Source of the DNA: Escherichia phage vB_EcoM_PHB05
DNA length: 64,000 nucleotides
Direction: 5' to 3' (one strand)
Sequence record: NC_052652.1
Shown: in pieces, positions 46,075 to 54,605 of the stretch
Layout: each line of letters starts with the position of its first letter
Position numbering within the stretch: position 1 is the first letter of the stretch
Notes under the pieces: generated by a model
Database searches by the model: none
Told to the model about the DNA's origin: nothing
Seen by the model: the letters and a program-made list of their open reading frames with translations, nothing else
Position numbers and translations under genes: made by a program

Positions 46075-46342
46075 CTGATTGATCCTTTACATTGTTCTTG
46101 GCATACACAGGAATAACATCATTATGATCTTTATTACTTTCATCTGTTAAAGCCCAAAACAACTTACCTGCTGGATGTTTAAAGATGTAAGCAATAGGTT
46201 CCTCTTCCTGGGCTTCTTTGCTACGGATACCATCCCGCCAGGCAAGCCAAGTGTAGATCATCACTTCTTGACGTTCTTCTTCGTTAGGCCACATATGTGG
46301 TGGAAAGTTTTTATCAAACCATTGCTTAAATTCTTCAGTCAT
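46061..46342 (-). CDS. Hypothetical protein, 93 aa
   Basis: Track ORF. Confidence 0.35.
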   Translation of the reverse strand: MTEEFKQWFDKNFPPHMWPNEEERQEVMIYTWLAWRDGIRSKEAQEEEPIAYIFKHPAGKLFWALTDESNKDHNDVIPVYAKNNVKDQSDDNV

Positions 46343-46517
46343 AGTCTACTCCTTGGCGTACAAAGTTAACTTCTGCTTCTTTCAGCTTTGACACTTCTAC
46401 ATAACCACCATGATCATCTTTAATCCATTCTTTTCCTTTACGGATGATAACAGGATACGTAGAGTGAGTAAGTTTAGGTACAGATCTTTTTGTTTTAGTG
46501 ATAGAAATGTTTTGCAT
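46335..46517 (-). CDS. Hypothetical small protein, 60 aa
   Basis: Track ORF. Confidence 0.3.
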   Translation of the reverse strand: MQNISITKTKRSVPKLTHSTYPVIIRKGKEWIKDDHGGYVEVSKLKEAEVNFVRQGVDYD

Positions 46518-46577
46518 AGTAGTCTCCTTAGTAAATTTTACATAGAGTCTAGATTATTTAGTAGGTAAAGTCAATAA

Positions 46578-46844
46578 TTAATTACTGTTAGATCTGTATT
46601 CTGTCTTCCATTCGCAATGGTAAACTTCAACAGGTTCTAACTTCCAGTGTTCAGGAACTAATTCAGGGCAATATCTACAAAAGAGAAATAGATAGATAAT
46701 TAAGACAGGTATTAAATAGTAAAATGGTATACGATCATAACCATACTTACGAGATAACATGTAGACATATAGATAGGGTATAACAATTAAACCTATAACT
46801 ATAAGTAAGAAGAGAAGTATAAACCTCAGTGTAGTAACATCCAT
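46578..46844 (-). CDS. Small membrane protein (two TM helices), 88 aa
   Basis: LRFILLFLLIVIGLIVIPYLYVYML and IPVLIIYLFLFC hydrophobic helices. Confidence 0.35.
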   Translation of the reverse strand: MDVTTLRFILLFLLIVIGLIVIPYLYVYMLSRKYGYDRIPFYYLIPVLIIYLFLFCRYCPELVPEHWKLEPVEVYHCEWKTEYRSNSN

Positions 46845-47008
46845 AGTATTCTCCTATACAGTAATATACTCTGTTCCTGCCCCTCCATGAGTGACAGGAA
46901 CAATATCTATAGAGAATACTAACTCGCTTCGCTCGTCACCTTTCAGGTTTAGGGTAGCATGTTTTTCTGAAAAAGTCAATACTCTCCACAAAACTTTACA
47001 AAATGTTT

Positions 47009-47281
47009 TTACATAGGTACAACAGAGTCTGTTTTGAAGTCGTACATATGATTTACACCTGTGATTTTTGACATAGAGATTGCACGTTTAGCACCTGCAA
47101 TTACCTGGTCTGTCTTCTTAATCTCTTCACGGAACTTACGTACAGTTAGAGAGAAGAAACGATGATCCATCCATTGACGATTCACACGATCACGCTTGAA
47201 GTGACGGAAATCTTCAATCTGTTTATTGCGCAATCGGCGCAGTACATGCAATAATTTATAGTAAGGGTGTTTATTTTTCAT
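47009..47281 (-). CDS. Hypothetical basic protein, 90 aa
   Basis: Arg/Lys-rich (RRLRNKQIEDFRHFKRDRVNRQW). Confidence 0.35.
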   Translation of the reverse strand: MKNKHPYYKLLHVLRRLRNKQIEDFRHFKRDRVNRQWMDHRFFSLTVRKFREEIKKTDQVIAGAKRAISMSKITGVNHMYDFKTDSVVPM

Positions 47282-47284
47282 AAT

Positions 47285-47713
47285 TTATTCTCCAAATCGA
47301 AAATCGTCAATATCATCAAACCATACACAATGGCGAGTCCTTTCTTTTTCTGTTGCAGACATTGTTTCAACAGCTTTAGGACTAAGCACAACAGGAATGT
47401 AACGAACAGGTCGTTCATAATAGTAGCCATACTTTTCTGTATTAGCTGCCTCAAAGACTTTACGGCGTTCTTCAAGATCTTCTATGGTGAATCCTACCAT
47501 ATAACCATCATGTTTGCTACCCCATCCTTCCTCACTTTCAACAATCGGGATATAAAAGCCGTTACGCGTCCCTGACGCTGGTTCTTCTTGAGCCTGAAGG
47601 CAAGCCTCCCATCCTGCTTTAAAGACGTTATAGAGCGATTTACGCACGTTATGAGTGCCGCTTTCGCTTGCTGGATAGAGTTCATTAAATTTGTCTTGGA
47701 TTTGTTGCGTCAT
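47285..47713 (-). CDS. Hypothetical protein, 142 aa
   Basis: Track ORF. Confidence 0.4.
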   Translation of the reverse strand: MTQQIQDKFNELYPASESGTHNVRKSLYNVFKAGWEACLQAQEEPASGTRNGFYIPIVESEEGWGSKHDGYMVGFTIEDLEERRKVFEAANTEKYGYYYERPVRYIPVVLSPKAVETMSATEKERTRHCVWFDDIDDFRFGE

Positions 47714-47856
47714 ACTCGCCCCTTAGTGATTATTTGACCAGCTAAACAAATAGCTTGTAGTACAATAAAGAAGTAGCCTAATTTTACACTACCTAATACC
47801 CAGAATGCAATGTTTGCAAACAAACAGAAAGCAATATTAAGTCTAAAGAATAACAT
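47710..47856 (-). CDS. Small hydrophobic peptide (about 48 aa), not in ORF track
   Basis: ATG at 47856 with RBS AAGGGG; translation MLFFRLNIAFCLFANIAFWVLGSVKLGYFFIVLQAICLAGQIITKGRV; stop overlaps next start (ATGA). Confidence 0.3.
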   Translation of the reverse strand: MLFFRLNIAFCLFANIAFWVLGSVKLGYFFIVLQAICLAGQIITKGRV

Positions 47857-48123
47857 TTAATCCCCTTCATATTTAGGTAAAGGCATATATGCCACAATAG
47901 GAGGGTAATCAAAGTGAAAATGATGGTTCACCACAATAATCTTACCAGACATACTTTTATGCACTTCACAATACCCTTTTCCACCATCTTCCATTACCAC
48001 CACATACTCACCTAGTGGGATATCGTATGGATCTTCTACTTTTACCCATCCTGTCATTTTGTAAACTCCTCGTAGTAAGGTAAAGCCTTGATCAGTTGTT
48101 CTGAAGTGCCATTTTGCACCCAC
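47857..48123 (-). CDS. Hypothetical protein, 88 aa
   Basis: Track ORF. Confidence 0.35.
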   Translation of the reverse strand: MGAKWHFRTTDQGFTLLRGVYKMTGWVKVEDPYDIPLGEYVVVMEDGGKGYCEVHKSMSGKIIVVNHHFHFDYPPIVAYMPLPKYEGD

Positions 48124-48189
48124 GTAACACCATTGTCAACAGAAACATACCCTTTTTTGTCAATAAATTTACGCAGACAGCCAGTGAAC

Positions 48190-48369
48190 TTATTTTTGTA
48201 GATCATTTCTTCTTTCCTTTTTGATTACAGCCCCATCACTCCCTTGCCAAACTTCCGATCTGAATTCCATCTCAAACCACTCACCACCGCAAAAACGGCT
48301 ATGTTCAACACGTCTATCTTCCTTCATTGCTTCTTTAGCTTCGATAGAAGTTAGTTCGATGTTTTGCAT
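48190..48369 (-). CDS. Hypothetical small protein, about 59 aa (first gene of the leftward block)
   Basis: Track ORF 48190..48543 trimmed to internal Met (MQNIELTS) with RBS AAAGGAG. Confidence 0.25.
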   Translation of the reverse strand: MQNIELTSIEAKEAMKEDRRVEHSRFCGGEWFEMEFRSEVWQGSDGAVIKKERRNDLQK

Positions 48370-48487
48370 TTGTTTTTCTCCTTTCATTTGGTGTGCGTTA
48401 ATCTTAACAAAATAAAAATGTATGTCAATACTTGATTTGAAATTAGTTTCTGGTACTCTGTGTGTATCGTAACAAAAGAGGTTAGAT

Positions 48488-48778
48488 ATGAACATCACAC
48501 TAGCAACTAAGAATATTACAGAAACTTTCGATGGTTTTGGCATTATTATTGCTGTTCATGGACATAACGAAAAATGGTTAGCCTCTTTTGAAGAGGACAA
48601 AGAACGCAATGTACGTTTGAATGCACCAATCAAAGTTTTACACCAGGTAGGTGAGAATAAGAAACAATGGAGATCATACAAAGAGTGGAACATTACAAAC
48701 GAATTAATACACAAACTTGACAAAGTGATAAACATGTTCGACAATGCACCAAGCAGTGCAAAACGTGTTTTACTATAA
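48488..48778 (+). CDS. Hypothetical protein, 96 aa
   Basis: Track ORF; first gene of rightward block. Confidence 0.4.
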   Translation: MNITLATKNITETFDGFGIIIAVHGHNEKWLASFEEDKERNVRLNAPIKVLHQVGENKKQWRSYKEWNITNELIHKLDKVINMFDNAPSSAKRVLL

Positions 48779-48789
48779 AGGAGAGTGAT

Positions 48790-49143
48790 ATGAAAATTGT
48801 ACACGATGAAATTCAATTTGAAGAGAGTGATCTTCTTGATCTGGATGTGACACTAAGTAAACTGATCTACAACGCACTTTCTGCATATCGTGCAAAAGTG
48901 ATAGCCACAAACAATGTTAAAATTCCTAGCGGGTTACTTCGTCGGATGTACCCACACGCTAAAGGTGACTATCTACCTTATATGGAAGAACGAGCAGCAA
49001 TACACTGGTTAGAAATTCTTGAAAAAATGGAGTCCTCTTTTAAGGATTCAACTCCACCTGAAGAAGTTAATGAAAAACAACGGCAAGAGCGTTTAGAAGG
49101 TCGTATTTTGTTTGCTAAGTATTTCCATAATTTGTGGAGCTAA
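48790..49143 (+). CDS. Hypothetical protein, 117 aa
   Basis: Track ORF, RBS AAGGAGAG upstream. Confidence 0.4.
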   Translation: MKIVHDEIQFEESDLLDLDVTLSKLIYNALSAYRAKVIATNNVKIPSGLLRRMYPHAKGDYLPYMEERAAIHWLEILEKMESSFKDSTPPEEVNEKQRQERLEGRILFAKYFHNLWS

Positions 49144-49241
49144 ACATATCTGGTAAAATCACTTATATGTTCTTAGTATACTTGTGTAAAGAAGTTATCT
49201 AACAGGTGTTGAGTGGACTATTAAATTAGGAGGGCTTTAAT

Positions 49242-49580
49242 ATGTTTAGTAAAGAAATGAGAGAAGTAATTGCCACTTTGGTAGTTGATCATGGTGTTGA
49301 AGTTGAGCGTCACGTTTGGAACGATGAACCTCCTTTCTTCGATTTGGCATCACGAGCTAAAAGTCATATGCACCTGCTGGAAGACGGTAATGAGTTTGTT
49401 CTCCGTATGCGTTATGATCGAGAGTTTCGAATTCCGCTTGACACTGAACCAGATGGTGTAGTAATGTGGTTGGCAGAACATTTCGCATACGATGCACTAC
49501 ATGGAAGAAGTTTTGGTAATGAGCGTTGGGATGCCATTTGTCGTAAGCATAATATTGAACCAGAGTACGGGAGTATGTAA
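49242..49580 (+). CDS. Hypothetical protein, 112 aa
   Basis: Track ORF. Confidence 0.4.
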   Translation: MFSKEMREVIATLVVDHGVEVERHVWNDEPPFFDLASRAKSHMHLLEDGNEFVLRMRYDREFRIPLDTEPDGVVMWLAEHFAYDALHGRSFGNERWDAICRKHNIEPEYGSM

Positions 49581-49831
49581 TGTTAAGTATCAAACCTAAA
49601 ATGATAACAGAAGACGAAGCAGACTTTATTTTCAAATGTGGGCGTGTATGGAGAGAATTCACAAAAGGGAATGAAGTGGTTGTTGTTGTCGAACACAAGA
49701 TATCTATCCAGGATCTGTTTGGACAATATGTTGATGTTATTAAATTAGGTATTGACAAGGGTTTAGTTGAGGTGTTAACATTAGATCAAGTTGAAGCAGA
49801 GCACCTCGATAAAGTGGTGGTTGAATTTTAA
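49580..49831 (+). CDS. Hypothetical protein, 83 aa
   Basis: Track ORF, start overlaps previous stop. Confidence 0.35.
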   Translation: MLSIKPKMITEDEADFIFKCGRVWREFTKGNEVVVVVEHKISIQDLFGQYVDVIKLGIDKGLVEVLTLDQVEAEHLDKVVVEF

Positions 49832-49851
49832 AATACAGACGGGAGAAAGGT

Positions 49852-50025
49852 ATGAGTTTCTTTGTTACAGTATTTATGGCTATCTGGATTGTAGTCTCAC
49901 TCGTTCTTTTCCTGGTGGGTTGTCTGGAAGAGATTAAGAAAGCGATTATTTGCGGTTTCTTTGGCTTTATTATCTCTCCTGCCTGGATGTGGTTCTTCAT
50001 TATGATTGGTTTCCTTAAAAGGTAA
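49852..50025 (+). CDS. Small membrane peptide (about 57 aa), not in ORF track; coordinates approximate (+/-1)
   Basis: RBS GGGAGAAAGG then ATG; translation MSFFVTVFMAIWIVVSLVLFLVGCLEEIKKAIICGFFGFIISPAWMWFFIMIGFLKR. Confidence 0.3.
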   Translation: MSFFVTVFMAIWIVVSLVLFLVGCLEEIKKAIICGFFGFIISPAWMWFFIMIGFLKR

Positions 50026-50039
50026 GTGAGGAATAAAGA

Positions 50040-50477
50040 ATGAGTAAAACAAACGCAATCGCAGATAAAGCAACGGATGTACTTCTGAACATGGTTAACG
50101 TCACTATTCAAACAATGAGTGATGTTGTAGAGTTTGGAAAACAACAAATTCCAGAAGTAATCCATCAATTACTAGTGTGGAAAGCAGTATCCGCAGGTTT
50201 ATGGCAACTTTTTAGTATTTGCTTTATGTTTATTACTTTTATTGCTGTGCGGAACCTCGTAAAAGCAATTAAAGATAAAGAATGCCTGTGGTCACGAGAT
50301 CGCTATGGTGAAGTATCTGCTTTACCTATTGTTGGTCTTGTTGTCTGTGCTTTCTTTTTCTTTTTAGGATTTGTTATTTTCTTTTCGAATTTTGATTGGC
50401 TAAAAATCATTATTGCACCAAAAGTGTATCTGATTGAATTTGCTGCTGATTTAATTCGTTCATCTCAACAAAAATAA
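50040..50477 (+). CDS. Membrane protein, 145 aa
   Basis: Two long hydrophobic helices (LWQLFSICFMFITFIAV; LPIVGLVVCAFFFFLGFVIFF). Confidence 0.4.
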   Translation: MSKTNAIADKATDVLLNMVNVTIQTMSDVVEFGKQQIPEVIHQLLVWKAVSAGLWQLFSICFMFITFIAVRNLVKAIKDKECLWSRDRYGEVSALPIVGLVVCAFFFFLGFVIFFSNFDWLKIIIAPKVYLIEFAADLIRSSQQK

Positions 50478-50488
50478 AAGGGGTTAAA

Positions 50489-51616
50489 ATGAAATACACG
50501 ATTTATGGTGATATTGTAAGTGTAAATAAAGATATGGGTGTGGAATCTAATTATCTTCCACCTGGATTCTATACTGTTAGTCGTGATCCCCTTGGCAATT
50601 ATTTTTTAAGCCGTGGTAATCTAACAGGTGTACCGGATGTTCTGTATGGTGAAACAGAAAAACGAGCAAATCACGTTATCCGTACATTCCATCGCCGGAG
50701 TGCACAAGGTAAAAATACAGGTTTGCTTCTGACAGGAACTAAGGGCAGTGGTAAAACTATGTTAGCCAAGCTCATTAGTCGTGACCTTGTAGAAGAAGGT
50801 ATTCCAACTATTATGGTTACTCAAGCCTACAGTGATGCTAATTTCATTGAACTTATTAGCAAGATCACCGACAAAGCAGTGATTATTTTTGACGAGTTTG
50901 ATAAAGTATATGAGAAGAAACAAGATCAAGAAGCACTTCTCACTTTGTTAGATGGTACTGGCAGTGGTAATAAACTGTTTATTCTAACTAAAAACAGTGG
51001 CTTTATCTCTGAATTCTTTCTAAATCGTCCTAGTCGTGTGTTTTATAATTTTAATTATGATAAAATCTCACTAGAAACTATGATTGACTATTTAGATAAA
51101 AACCTGGATAACAAAGCACACTTTGATAATTTCCAAAGACTTTGGGATGTAAGTTTAGAGTTGTCCTTTGATGTGATCCAAGGTATAGTAGAAGAACTTA
51201 ATTTCTACCCTGATTTATCCTTTAAAGAATGCATCTCTATGATGGGCGTTTCTTTGGGTGGTGGTAATAAATGGGATATCAGTAGCGTTATTATTAATGG
51301 AAAACTTCAGAAAGTTAGCTGGGTATCTAGTTGGCATAACTTTACACCTGCAATCTTTTTAGGTGGCTCGTGCACACTAGACGTGTACTTGTCATCTCCA
51401 AGTGATGCAGATTCTAAAGAAGCCCTTGCTAATAGCTCTTACGTGGTTTTTGATGATGAAGGCGATGCTCGAATTCCGTTGAATGCGACAAAAATGAAAG
51501 CAGACCTTATCACAGGCGGTAAAATCGTTGTGTTTAGTGATGATCCAGAAGATTCTTTCCGTATTGTTCTGGAACCAACTATCACCAATGGTGCAACTTT
51601 GGCAAGTGTGTTTTAA
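50489..51616 (+). CDS. P-loop AAA+-type ATPase, copy B (paralogue of 34564..35724), 375 aa
   Basis: Walker A GTKGSGKT, Walker B VIIFDEFDK, ILTKNSG, NRPSRVFY; N-terminal 80 aa and ATPase core align with copy A, C-terminal third diverges. Confidence 0.6.
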   Translation: MKYTIYGDIVSVNKDMGVESNYLPPGFYTVSRDPLGNYFLSRGNLTGVPDVLYGETEKRANHVIRTFHRRSAQGKNTGLLLTGTKGSGKTMLAKLISRDLVEEGIPTIMVTQAYSDANFIELISKITDKAVIIFDEFDKVYEKKQDQEALLTLLDGTGSGNKLFILTKNSGFISEFFLNRPSRVFYNFNYDKISLETMIDYLDKNLDNKAHFDNFQRLWDVSLELSFDVIQGIVEELNFYPDLSFKECISMMGVSLGGGNKWDISSVIINGKLQKVSWVSSWHNFTPAIFLGGSCTLDVYLSSPSDADSKEALANSSYVVFDDEGDARIPLNATKMKADLITGGKIVVFSDDPEDSFRIVLEPTITNGATLASVF

Positions 51617-51632
51617 GTAAGCCAGCAAATAA

Positions 51633-51656
51633 AAACCCGCTTCGGCGGGTTTTCTT
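51633..51656 (+). terminator. Rho-independent terminator (AAACCCGC TTCG GCGGGTTTTCTTG)
   Basis: 8-bp stem, UUCG loop, T-run. Confidence 0.65.
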
Positions 51657-51690
51657 GTATTGATGCCAGATTTAATAAAAGGAGTAGTAG

Positions 51691-52863
51691 ATGGTAGCAC
51701 TAAAATCATGGGAACAATATAAAGAAGAATTAATACCCCTTGCTAAAAATCACAATATTCAAATCTTGGGTTATGTTGGTGAATGGAAAGGGAACAAGAC
51801 TAAACTTAAGCTATCTTGCCCTAAACATGGAGAGTGGAACACCACGAACATTAATGATTTTAAGAAGGGACGTGGTTGTCCTATCTGTTCTGGTAAGAAG
51901 CCGTTAACATGGGAAACAGAATTGCCGATCTTGGAAGAGATAGCACAGAAGAGGGGGTATCAGGTGTTAGGGTACGTGGGAGAATGGAAAGGGAATAAAA
52001 CAAAACTTGATTTGTTGTGTCATTGTGGTAATAAATGGGATACTACAAGTATTAACAATTTTAAACGTGGTAGCGGTTGTCCACAATGTAAGAGGGAGAG
52101 ACAAACAATGTCCGACGATCAACATATTGCAGATTTCTTTTCTACAGGGGAATTTAAGGAAGGCACTATCTTCACCAATACAGGGAAACGTAACAAGCGT
52201 GATGCAGTATGGATGGTTGAGTGTCCTGTTTGCTCCCATGATGAATATGTTCAAGCAGGTGTTTGTGATGGTAAATTTTACTCTGCAGGACATAACCTTA
52301 AACAAGGGTATATTCCGTGTCGTTGTGGGAACTATCAGTATACAGAAGACCAGATCACCTATAGGGTAAAAAAGGAAGTAGAAGGGAAAGGGTATGTCTG
52401 GGTAGATTGGATTACCAAACCCTCTTCTATAGGTAAGTTTAAATATCTTTGTCTTGTGCATGGTGAGCAGATAGGGAGTGCTCGTAATTTATTAAGCCTC
52501 GGTCAAGGTTGTCCACAGTGTGCTGGTCATAATCAACAGCAATTATATATTAATATTGTTAAAGATAATGGTATTATAGTTGCTCTTAAGTTTGGTATAT
52601 CTAAAGATAGCGATAGACGATTAAACGGTCAAAATAGCCGTAATCTGTTTTTTATGGAGCGTATTTGTTTATATGATTTTAGCACAGTGAAACAATGTAG
52701 GGCTGCTGAAAGAGCTATAAAGAAAAAATTAAAAACTGGTATTTTAACGGCAAGAGAGTTGAAAGATGGTTATACAGAAACAGTAAGTGTTTCTGATTTG
52801 GAAAATCTTCAAAAAATTATTACACAATATGGTGGCAAATTAGTATACAGTAAGGAGGTGTAA
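51691..52863 (+). CDS. Tandem zinc-ribbon-repeat protein with C-terminal GIY-YIG/T5orf172-like domain (putative nuclease), 390 aa
   Basis: Repeated modules GYVGEWKGNKTKL-L-C-HGEW-TT-IN-FK-G-GCP-C (four copies, paired cysteines); C-terminal IVALKFGISKDSDRRL resembles the T5orf172 signature. Confidence 0.4.
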   Translation: MVALKSWEQYKEELIPLAKNHNIQILGYVGEWKGNKTKLKLSCPKHGEWNTTNINDFKKGRGCPICSGKKPLTWETELPILEEIAQKRGYQVLGYVGEWKGNKTKLDLLCHCGNKWDTTSINNFKRGSGCPQCKRERQTMSDDQHIADFFSTGEFKEGTIFTNTGKRNKRDAVWMVECPVCSHDEYVQAGVCDGKFYSAGHNLKQGYIPCRCGNYQYTEDQITYRVKKEVEGKGYVWVDWITKPSSIGKFKYLCLVHGEQIGSARNLLSLGQGCPQCAGHNQQQLYINIVKDNGIIVALKFGISKDSDRRLNGQNSRNLFFMERICLYDFSTVKQCRAAERAIKKKLKTGILTARELKDGYTETVSVSDLENLQKIITQYGGKLVYSKEV

Positions 52864-53415
52864 ATGCGGATTACTGATAAGTATGTGTTCTTCTTCTCGG
52901 CAAAAGATGAATTTAGCAACTGGTATCTATCATCTTTTATTGAACCTTTAGCACCCAAGTATAATAATTCTATTACAAGTTCTGTTGAATTTACTTGTGT
53001 GGAACAATATATGATGTGGAGAAAAGCATGTTTGTTTTATGATTACAGTATTGCATCTTCTATTTTAACCGGAGATCTAAGATATACAGGAGAAAAAGAA
53101 CAAGCATATTATAAACGACTAGGCAGATTAGTTAAAGATTATGATGAAGATACCTGGGCTTCTTTACGGGAGAAGATTGTCAAGCGTGGTTTGTATCTTA
53201 AATACACACAAAATGAAGATCTCAAAAATAAACTTATCGCTTACGCAGATAAGGAGTTCGTAGAGGCAAGCCCCTATGATTCTATTTATGGTATCAAAAT
53301 GGGGATGTGGGATCGGGACGTGGAAAATAAGGATTGTTGGAAAGGACAAAATCTTTTAGGAAAATGGCATACAGACCTTGCTGTTTATCTAAAATCACAA
53401 TCTGATATTTCCTGA
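52864..53415 (+). CDS. NADAR-domain protein (YbiA-like), 183 aa
   Basis: Motif FFFSAKDEFSNWYLSSF ... FTCVEQYMMWRKACLFYD matches the NADAR/DUF1768 signature (FF..SNW...F.S.EQ.mM..KA..F.D). Confidence 0.6.
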   Translation: MRITDKYVFFFSAKDEFSNWYLSSFIEPLAPKYNNSITSSVEFTCVEQYMMWRKACLFYDYSIASSILTGDLRYTGEKEQAYYKRLGRLVKDYDEDTWASLREKIVKRGLYLKYTQNEDLKNKLIAYADKEFVEASPYDSIYGIKMGMWDRDVENKDCWKGQNLLGKWHTDLAVYLKSQSDIS

Positions 53416-53631
53416 TATTTTGAAAATTTTTATTTTTATAAAAAGGGGTGTGGGTTTCATGTACGGAAATCCACCCTCTGAATAATATATCCAGAGTAAG
53501 TAGTATTCTATACCCTGTTAATAAAGTATTTAATTTGTTTGTTGGACTATGGTATCTGATCTTTAAAAGGCATACTATCTCTTAACTACTACTTATAACA
53601 GAACAGTAAAATCATTTTTATAAAAAGTACA

Positions 53632-53845
53632 AAATTATTTAAAGTTTTTACAGATTTTTGGATACAAATTTTGAAAATGAAAAGTTCAAGTTTGGTCAAA
53701 ATTATTTAAAGTTTTTGTACGTATTTCTATCCAGATTTTGAAAATGAAAACTTCAATTTTTTAAAAATTCCCCAGTTTATTTAAAGTTTTTTTGCCTTTT
53801 TCCGTAGAAAAATCAAAAATGAAAAGTTCAATTTCGTGTTTTTAT
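53632..53845. repeat. Three tandem direct repeats of about 68 bp (core ATTATTTAAAGTTTTT ... ATTTTGAAAATGAAAAGTTCAA)
   Basis: Core strings TATTTAAAGTTTTT and TTTTGAAAATGAAAAGTTCAA each recur three times at about 68-bp spacing. Confidence 0.6.
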
Positions 53846-53857
53846 GGGTATGCGTAT

Positions 53858-53975
53858 GATAATCATTCTCATTTGTAAATGAGAATCATTATCATTTAAT
53901 TATGTAAATGATAAGCATTCTCACTAAGAGAATGAGAATCATTAGCAAATGAGAATTTTTCTCATTTAGAGAATA
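53858..53975. promoter_or_regulatory. Array of Fur-box-like palindromes (AATGAGAAT C ATTCTCATT and GATAATCATT units)
   Basis: TGATAATCATTCTCATTTGTAAATGAGAATCATTATCATTT... contains several overlapping near-matches to the enterobacterial Fur box GATAATGATAATCATTATC. Confidence 0.45.
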
Positions 53976-54228
53976 ACGCGCAGGGGCGGTGTTTGTCTCG
54001 CGCTCCCGTGTCCCCTCGCCATACAATAAGAATAGCATAACCAACAACAAAAGCAAGCGATTATTTTTATCTTTACATTTCTTTACAAATTTATTTTGGA
54101 CGAGCTACCGGCGATCAACCTTCCAACCAGTGCCCCCTGGTATGTTAGCCCCGCCTTTACGCCGTGGGGGTGGCGTTTCCTCTTCTGTATGTAAAACAGT
54201 ATAAGCCCGATCCCTGGGCTTGTCAAGA

Positions 54229-54495
54229 TTATTTTTTGTTTTCTTGCCAGGAAAGGACACCTAACCAAAAATACATATCGCCCCGCGCCCCTGGCGGGAT
54301 CTTGCTTTCCCCGCCGCCACTGCAAGCCCATAAATAACCATTTACGAACGTATCAAAGTGATCTATCTCTTCCACCTTATGATCGCCCAGGTTGAGAACG
54401 GTTTCAACCTTTAAGCCCGTTGCGCTTGCTACCTGGTGCACCGTGCCGCCTTGCCAGCCCAATGAGTGCATGAGATGTAAAGGAGTATTTGTCAT
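54229..54495 (-). CDS. Early-block small protein (leftward gene of divergent promoter pair), 88 aa
   Basis: Track ORF; preceded on the - strand by a TTGCTA-17-TATTAT promoter, a GC stem-loop and AGAAAGGG RBS, the same cassette layout as the + strand early genes. Confidence 0.4.
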   Translation of the reverse strand: MTNTPLHLMHSLGWQGGTVHQVASATGLKVETVLNLGDHKVEEIDHFDTFVNGYLWACSGGGESKIPPGARGDMYFWLGVLSWQENKK

Positions 54496-54516
54496 GGTAT
54501 CGCCCTTTCTTTGATG

Positions 54517-54575
54517 TGCGCCCTGGTTGGCGCGGTAGAAAGATAATAGCCGTTTCCTTTATAGATAGCAAGCAA
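54517..54575 (-). promoter_or_regulatory. Leftward early promoter (TTGCTA -17- TATTAT) plus leader stem-loop (GCGCC AACCAG GGCGC)
   Basis: Read on the - strand; mirrors the + strand cassette architecture. Confidence 0.45.
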
Positions 54576-54605
54576 AAAAGAAATGAAAAAAAGATTAAAA
54601 AAATG

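Noticed and set aside
53632-53975. Possible CRISPR array, because of short tandem repeats
   Set aside because: Only three copies of a roughly 68-bp unit, no regular repeat-spacer alternation, extremely AT-rich, no cas genes nearby; more consistent with iterons or operator repeats
53858-53975. Treating the palindromes as confirmed Fur boxes
   Set aside because: AT-rich palindromes can match the Fur consensus by chance in an AT-rich phage genome; retained only as a hypothesis pending matrix scoring and binding assays
53980-54230. tRNA gene in the GC-rich hairpin region or in the AT-rich tail (62650..64000)
   Set aside because: Could not identify a T-loop consensus or a cloverleaf with acceptor stem by eye; a tRNAscan-type search would be needed to exclude this definitively
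53989-54331. Track ORFs 53989..54204 (+) and 54083..54331 (-) in the GC-rich island
   Set aside because: Mutually overlapping, no RBS, Pro/Gly/Arg-rich translations typical of GC-rich non-coding DNA; region more likely structured RNA or regulatory
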